The position numbers were made by a program, and so were the translations under genes. DNA of 64,000 nt from Candidatus Latescibacterota bacterium. Lineage in GTDB: Bacteria; Latescibacterota; UBA2968; GCA-2709665. Under the pieces are notes generated by a model. That model was not told the DNA's origin. It worked only from the letters and a program-made list of their open reading frames with translations, and ran no database searches. The stretch is taken from assembly GCA_965219455.1 (NCBI GenBank), contig OZ244744.1, positions 1,504,001 to 1,568,000 on the forward strand. The letters are read 5' to 3'. Shown piece after piece: positions 58,625-64,000 of this stretch (position 1 is the stretch's first letter; each line of letters starts with the position of its first letter).

Positions 58625-61549
58625 ATGATGGCACGACGACGCACCCGCCAATCCAAACGCCCTATTGAGTCCTATGACCACCAGGACAAAGAGCGGCTGA
58701 ACAACCCGCCTGTCGGCCTGGTCACGCCCGAGACCGATCGGGACGCGGGACGGAAGACCTACGCCTTTGACCCTCACCTGGACCCGCAGCTGCAGTGGGC
58801 AGGGAAGGCGGAGCACACCTCCTTCGACGTATCCACAGTATCGCTACACGTCCATGAGCGCATTGACCCCCGCACCATTATCGAGGCCGCCCGCAAGCGC
58901 AACGAAAATGGCGCCCCGGTGCAGGGCAGCCTGTTCGAGCTGCCGGAGGAGAACCCGCCGGTCCGCAGCGCAATCGAGTTCTACAAGCACCGCCACAACT
59001 GGACCAACCGCCTGGTAGCGGGCGACAGCCTGCTGGTAATGAACAGCCTTCTGGAGAAGGAGGGCATGGCGGGCAAGGTGCAGATGGTCTACATCGACCC
59101 GCCCTACGGCATCCGGTACGGCTCCAACTTCCAGCCCTTCGTCAACCGGCGCAACGTGAGGGATGGCCGGGATGAAGACCTGACCCAGGAGCCGGAGACC
59201 ATCAAGGCCTTCCGAGACACCTGGGAACTGGGCGTTCATTCCTACCTTTCTTATCTACGGGATCGTTTGTTGCTAGCTAGGGAACTGCTGACCGAGAGCG
59301 GTTCCTGCTTCGTGCAGATTTCTGATGAGAATGTGCATCGAGTGCGTCAGATTATGGATGAGGTGTTTGGGGAAAAGAACTCCGTTGCGTCAATACGGTT
59401 TAGACGTGGGGGGTTTCAAACTTCTGCCCATCTTCCAGAAACCCACGATTTTATACTCTGGTATGCACGCGACGAAGATCGGTTGAAGTTCAGGCGACAA
59501 TTCCTTCAATCGGACCGCCGAGAGGCATTCCCGGGTCAGACTCTATTTGCGGAAAACGAAGAAGGCCAATATGAACGAATCGATCGATCTGCTATTGGAG
59601 ATCATATCCATCGGGTCTTCCGACATCGTGCTGCATATAGCGCCACAGGGTCTGATGCGTCCAGATTCCCCTTTAAGTTTAACGGCAGAGAGTTTTTGCC
59701 ATCAGGACAGCGAGGTTGGTCAACAAACAAAAAAGGTATGAAGAGGGCTGAAAGAGCGAACCGGCTCATCGTCATAGGAAATACTCTGGAAAGAAAAATG
59801 TACTTTGAAGATTCTCCTTTCCGAACTCTTTCTACAAATTGGGATGACACGATAACAAGTGGATTCGGCGAAGACAAAACGTATGTAGTGCAGACCCAGA
59901 CACTGGTAATACAGCGATGCATCCTGATGACCACTGACCCGGGTGAATTGGTGTTCGACCCGACCTGCGGCTCCGGCACAACCGCATACGTCGCCGAGCA
60001 GTGGGGACGCCGCTGGATTACATGCGACACCTCCCGGGTAGCCACTTCCTTGGCCAAGCAACGGCTTATGACCGCCCTTTTCGACTACTACGAGTTAGCT
60101 CATCCCAACGAAGGCGTGGGCAGTGGGTTCAACTACAAGACTGTTCCACACATCACTCTTGGTTCGATCTCCAACAACTCAGAGATTGACAGCATTTGGG
60201 AGCACCACCAGCAGGCGATAGAACCGCTTCGAGAGAAGCTAAACGCTGCTCTGGGCGAGAGTTGGGAAGAATGGCAGATTCCTCGCAACGCGGACAATAG
60301 ATGGCCGGAGGAAGGGCGTAAGGCGCATGCGGCCTGTTGGGAAGGGCGCAACGCACGGCAAAAGGAGATTGATGCATCCATGGCTTGCCACGCCGGACAT
60401 GAGACACTGTACGACCAGCCGCTGGTGGACACGAGCAAGAAGCGGGTCGCCGGCCCCTTCAGCGTCGAGGCCGTGCCGGCCCCAGCGGTGACACCCATCG
60501 ACGACGTGTACGAGGCCGAGCCTCTGCCCGCCGATGACACGGTGGCCCGCTCCGGCGAAACGGTGCGCCAAGCAGAGTGGCGGGACGAGTTATTGAGGAC
60601 GGGAATCCGGGGCAAGGCGAGGCAATTCATCCGCTTTGCTCGTTTGGAACCCTTGCCAGGCTTTCGCTACCTCCACGCGGACGGCCAGAGCTTGCCCAAC
60701 AAGGACGGCGCTGACACGGTACGTGAAGGTCCGGCGCAAGCAGCCCAGCGTATTGTCGTGTCTTTCGGACCCGATCACGCGCCATTGGAGCAACGGCAGG
60801 TGAACCATGCCCTCCAGGAAGCCGAAACGCTTAGGCCGAGCCCCAGGGTCATCGTCTTCGCCGCCTTCCAATTCGACCCCGAAGCGGCCAAGGATATCGA
60901 CGAGACCAACTGGCCGGGCATCGCCCTGCTGAAGGCGCAGATGAACGCCGACCTGCTGACCGGGGATCTGAAACGCAAACGGGCCAGCAACGAGAGTTTC
61001 TGGCTCATCGGGCAGCCTGACGTGTTGGTACATCAAATAAGCAAGGGTCAGAACACTGGTATGTGGCAAGTAGCGGTTCAGGGATTCGACTACTACAATA
61101 CTAAGACCGGTGACGTGGAATCAGGCGGAGAAGATAAAATCGCGATGTGGATGCTCGACTCGGACTACGACGGCCGTAGCTTGTACCCACGACAGGTGTT
61201 CTTCCCTATGGCCGGGACCAGAGACGGATGGACTCGCCTGGCCCGCAACCTCAGGGCCGAGATAGACGAGGAGTTGATCGAAGCCTATCGTGGCGCGGTC
61301 TCCCTGCCCTTCGATTCTGGCGAGCACGGTCGTATTGCAGTGAAGATCGTGGACGATCGGGGTATCGAAAGCCTGAAGGTAGTGACTCTGGAGCCAGACC
61401 GAAGCATCGTTCCTACGCAAGGCAAACTCAGCATCGAAGAGATAATCGCTGAACGTTCCAAAAAAGTTCCTAAAGAGGAGTGGGACCGATTGCCCTCAGA
61501 CCTGATCGACAACTTGGACCATTACCTCTATGGGACCGACAAGCGATGA
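58625..61549 (+). CDS. mod: Type III R-M DNA methyltransferase (Mod) with C-terminal antitoxin-like extension
   Basis: DPQLQWAGK, YIDPPYG, FDPTCGSGTT, IAVKIVDDRGIESLKV, then ~51 extra aa ending LPSDLIDNLDHYLYG. Confidence 0.92.
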   Translation: MMARRRTRQSKRPIESYDHQDKERLNNPPVGLVTPETDRDAGRKTYAFDPHLDPQLQWAGKAEHTSFDVSTVSLHVHERIDPRTIIEAARKRNENGAPVQGSLFELPEENPPVRSAIEFYKHRHNWTNRLVAGDSLLVMNSLLEKEGMAGKVQMVYIDPPYGIRYGSNFQPFVNRRNVRDGRDEDLTQEPETIKAFRDTWELGVHSYLSYLRDRLLLARELLTESGSCFVQISDENVHRVRQIMDEVFGEKNSVASIRFRRGGFQTSAHLPETHDFILWYARDEDRLKFRRQFLQSDRREAFPGQTLFAENEEGQYERIDRSAIGDHIHRVFRHRAAYSATGSDASRFPFKFNGREFLPSGQRGWSTNKKGMKRAERANRLIVIGNTLERKMYFEDSPFRTLSTNWDDTITSGFGEDKTYVVQTQTLVIQRCILMTTDPGELVFDPTCGSGTTAYVAEQWGRRWITCDTSRVATSLAKQRLMTALFDYYELAHPNEGVGSGFNYKTVPHITLGSISNNSEIDSIWEHHQQAIEPLREKLNAALGESWEEWQIPRNADNRWPEEGRKAHAACWEGRNARQKEIDASMACHAGHETLYDQPLVDTSKKRVAGPFSVEAVPAPAVTPIDDVYEAEPLPADDTVARSGETVRQAEWRDELLRTGIRGKARQFIRFARLEPLPGFRYLHADGQSLPNKDGADTVREGPAQAAQRIVVSFGPDHAPLEQRQVNHALQEAETLRPSPRVIVFAAFQFDPEAAKDIDETNWPGIALLKAQMNADLLTGDLKRKRASNESFWLIGQPDVLVHQISKGQNTGMWQVAVQGFDYYNTKTGDVESGGEDKIAMWMLDSDYDGRSLYPRQVFFPMAGTRDGWTRLARNLRAEIDEELIEAYRGAVSLPFDSGEHGRIAVKIVDDRGIESLKVVTLEPDRSIVPTQGKLSIEEIIAERSKKVPKEEWDRLPSDLIDNLDHYLYGTDKR

Positions 61550-61965
61550 CTACGGTATTCGCTGATGCTTCATATTGGATAGCTATTTTTCGAGAGAATG
61601 ACCAATGGCACAACGCGGCAGTTACAGCGCGTCGACGACTGGGCACAACATCGCTCGTAACCACCGATGAGGTGTTGACGGAGTTTCTTTCTGCGATGTC
61701 CGGGTCCCAAGATGTGATACGGAGAGAGGCTGCAGCGGTAGTACGTGACATCTTGGATAATCAGGGCGTTCGGGTTGTTCCCCAGACCCACGAGTCTTTC
61801 CTTGACGGTCTTGATCGGTATGAGAGACGGCGGGATAAGCATTACAGCCTTCAGGACTGCATTTCCATGAATGTTATGGAAGCGCAGGGAATCACCGACG
61901 TTCTGACCAGCGACCACCACTTCGAGCAAGAGGGCTTCGCGATCCTGATGAAGTCGATCTCGTAG
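61546..61965 (+). CDS. vapC: PIN-domain (VapC-like) toxin
   Basis: VFADASYWIA..DQWH, VLTEF, YSLQDCISMNVM, TSDHHFEQEGF; ATGA overlap with mod. Confidence 0.9.
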   Translation: MTTVFADASYWIAIFRENDQWHNAAVTARRRLGTTSLVTTDEVLTEFLSAMSGSQDVIRREAAAVVRDILDNQGVRVVPQTHESFLDGLDRYERRRDKHYSLQDCISMNVMEAQGITDVLTSDHHFEQEGFAILMKSIS

Positions 61966-61973
61966 GGCCGAAC

Positions 61974-64000
61974 ATGGAACGATCGTCAATTGACCGACTC
62001 ATCATAAACAAGCCCTATAAGGAGCCTGCGGAGCACTGGCGCTACAACCGGGAGAGGCGAACATTCTCACGGGCGGGAGGTCGTCGGCCTGCGGGCTACC
62101 TCATAGCGTCGGGGGATTCCAAGACCTTCGACGACCCGGGCATCTTCGTTGAAATCCCTCTGGTCAATCAGATTCGGACACGCGTAAAATCGTGGCGGGA
62201 CACCAGCTATCCCGGCGTGACAACAATAACCAAACGCCTCTTGGAGCATTGGACGGACTCGGAGGAGTTCGAGAACCGTCGGTTCTTCTTCTGCCAGCTT
62301 GAGGCGGTAGAGACGCTGATTTGGCTGACTGAAGCGCCCGATAGCGAGAAGGTAGGGATAGAGATTCCCGGTGACGGCGGCGAGTTCCGTCGCCTATGTG
62401 CCAAGATGGCCACAGGAACGGGCAAGACAGTGGTTATGGCTATGGTCATCGCCTGGCACATCCTCAACAAGGTCGCATATCCCCAGGACACCCGCTTCGC
62501 CAAGAACGTGCTGGTGGTCGCCCCCGGCCTCACCGTCAGGAGCCGCCTCGCCGTCCTGGAACCATCCAATCCTGAAAACTACTACGGGGCGTTCCATATC
62601 GTGCCCTCACCTTTCTTGGACCGGCTTCGCCAGGGGAAGGTGATAGTACGCAACTGGCACGCCCTCAACTGGGAGACCAATGAACAGATTGCCAATAAAC
62701 GGAGCGTGGACAAGCGAGGAGCCAAGAGCGACGAGGCCTATGTGCGTGACGTGCTGGGCGACATGGCCGGAGCCCGAAACCTGTTCGTCATCAACGACGA
62801 AGCGCACCACGCCTGGCGGGTGCCAGCTGAGTCCAAGGTGAAGGGCGTCGCCAAGGCCGACATCGAGGAAGCGACCAAGTGGGTGGGCGGCCTGGACCGG
62901 ATTCACAGTGTGCGTGGCATCCTCACCTGTTACGACTTCTCGGCCACACCCTTTGCTCCATCAGGCAAGAAAAGCTCAGATGAGGCCCTGTTTGACTGGA
63001 TCGTGAGCGACTTTGGACTGAACGACGCCATTGAATCGGGCTTGGTGAAGACACCGCGTGTGGTGATCCGCGATGACGCAGTGCCGGATTCCAAGACCTA
63101 CAAGTCCCGCCTGTACCACATATACAACGATCCAGAGGTGAAGGACGATCTGAATCGCCGTGCGCAGGCCCACGAGCCGCTGCCTGACCTGGTGACTAAT
63201 GGGTATTACCTGCTTGGCTATGACTGGAGAGAGGCTGCCAGAGATTGGCGAAAAGCAAAGTTCAGGACACCGCCAGTGATGATCACCGTCGCTAACCGCA
63301 CCGAGACGGCGGCTCGGATTAAGCACGCCTTTGACCGCAAGCGCATCTTGATTGACGAGCTCTGCAATGAGAAGCGGACTCTGCACATTGACTCCGGTGT
63401 ACTCAAGCGGGCTGAAGCGTCCGAGGAGCCGATAGCGGAAGTCATAGCGGACGGTGAAGGCGAATCTAAGAATGGAGTGGTGGCTCAGAGGCTCACCGCA
63501 GACCAGAGGGCTGAGCAACTCAGGAGGATGGTGGATACAGTGGGGCGGCCGGGGCAGCCGGGCGAGCAAATACAGAACGTCATCTCGGTGGGGATGCTCT
63601 CTGAGGGCTGGGACGCCAAGACTGTGACTCACATCATGGGACTCCGTGCGTTCACCAGCCAATTGCTGTGTGAGCAAGTGGTGGGTCGGGGCCTTCGCCG
63701 CACTTCCTACGACGTAAATGACAAGACCGGCATGTTCGAGCCTGAGTACGTCAACATATTTGGCGTGCCCTTCACGTTCTTACCCCACCAATCAGACGGC
63801 AGCGTAGCGCCGAAACCTCCAACCCCAAAGACTACCGTTGAGTCGGTGGCCGAGAAGGCCGCGTTCGAAATCACATGGCCCAATGTCATACGCATCGAGC
63901 ACGTTTACCGGCCCCGTCTCTCTCTCGATTGGGGACGAGTCGAGCTCCTTCGCCTCAATGCCAGCGAAACGGCCCAAGTCGCCGAGCTTGCTCCGGTAGT
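61974..64000 (+). CDS. res: Type III restriction subunit Res (runs off the window; absent from the ORF track)
   Basis: MERSSIDRLIINKPYKEP..FFCQLEAVET..KMATGTGKT..INDEAHH..EGWD..EQVVGRGLRR, in frame from ATG 61974 (spot-checked at several motifs). Confidence 0.92.
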   Translation, partial: MERSSIDRLIINKPYKEPAEHWRYNRERRTFSRAGGRRPAGYLIASGDSKTFDDPGIFVEIPLVNQIRTRVKSWRDTSYPGVTTITKRLLEHWTDSEEFENRRFFFCQLEAVETLIWLTEAPDSEKVGIEIPGDGGEFRRLCAKMATGTGKTVVMAMVIAWHILNKVAYPQDTRFAKNVLVVAPGLTVRSRLAVLEPSNPENYYGAFHIVPSPFLDRLRQGKVIVRNWHALNWETNEQIANKRSVDKRGAKSDEAYVRDVLGDMAGARNLFVINDEAHHAWRVPAESKVKGVAKADIEEATKWVGGLDRIHSVRGILTCYDFSATPFAPSGKKSSDEALFDWIVSDFGLNDAIESGLVKTPRVVIRDDAVPDSKTYKSRLYHIYNDPEVKDDLNRRAQAHEPLPDLVTNGYYLLGYDWREAARDWRKAKFRTPPVMITVANRTETAARIKHAFDRKRILIDELCNEKRTLHIDSGVLKRAEASEEPIAEVIADGEGESKNGVVAQRLTADQRAEQLRRMVDTVGRPGQPGEQIQNVISVGMLSEGWDAKTVTHIMGLRAFTSQLLCEQVVGRGLRRTSYDVNDKTGMFEPEYVNIFGVPFTFLPHQSDGSVAPKPPTPKTTVESVAEKAAFEITWPNVIRIEHVYRPRLSLDWGRVELLRLNASETAQVAELAPV

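Noticed and set aside
62067-63977. Short ORF-track entries at the window end
   Set aside because: They overlap the unlisted open res frame starting at 61974.
1-64000. CRISPR array or cas genes
   Set aside because: No regularly spaced 25-45 bp repeats and no Cas motifs were seen.

Overview
Bacterial window, fairly GC-rich in the core part, with three zones. The gene mix resembles Latescibacterota/Gemmatimonadota-like environmental genomes, but that is inference only. (1) 1-25.6 kb is a dense defence island: MntA-HepT TA pair, sacsin-like GHKL ATPase-HNH plus SNF2 helicase, a single-chain type IIG/ISP-like R-M enzyme, an Mrr-type nuclease, an unknown two-gene module, TIR plus SLOG-TIR, Uma2, TcmP/DUF5131 and a YgiT-finger fusion. 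Its modules are separated by repeated fragments of the R-M gene and of an AAA ATPase gene. (2) 25.9-58.3 kb is a core/metabolic region: metalloprotease, enolase-superfamily and PLP enzymes, GGT, TonB receptor, PQQ-like beta-propellers, hemL and uvrA. It carries two copies of a 159-bp MITE and a tRNA-Arg(UCG) gene split in its D-arm by a different 163-bp MITE with a TCA target duplication. (3) 58.6-64 kb is a type III R-M locus in which Mod ends in an antitoxin-like peptide and a PIN toxin gene sits between mod and res. All family assignments come from motif recognition by eye; no database searches were run.
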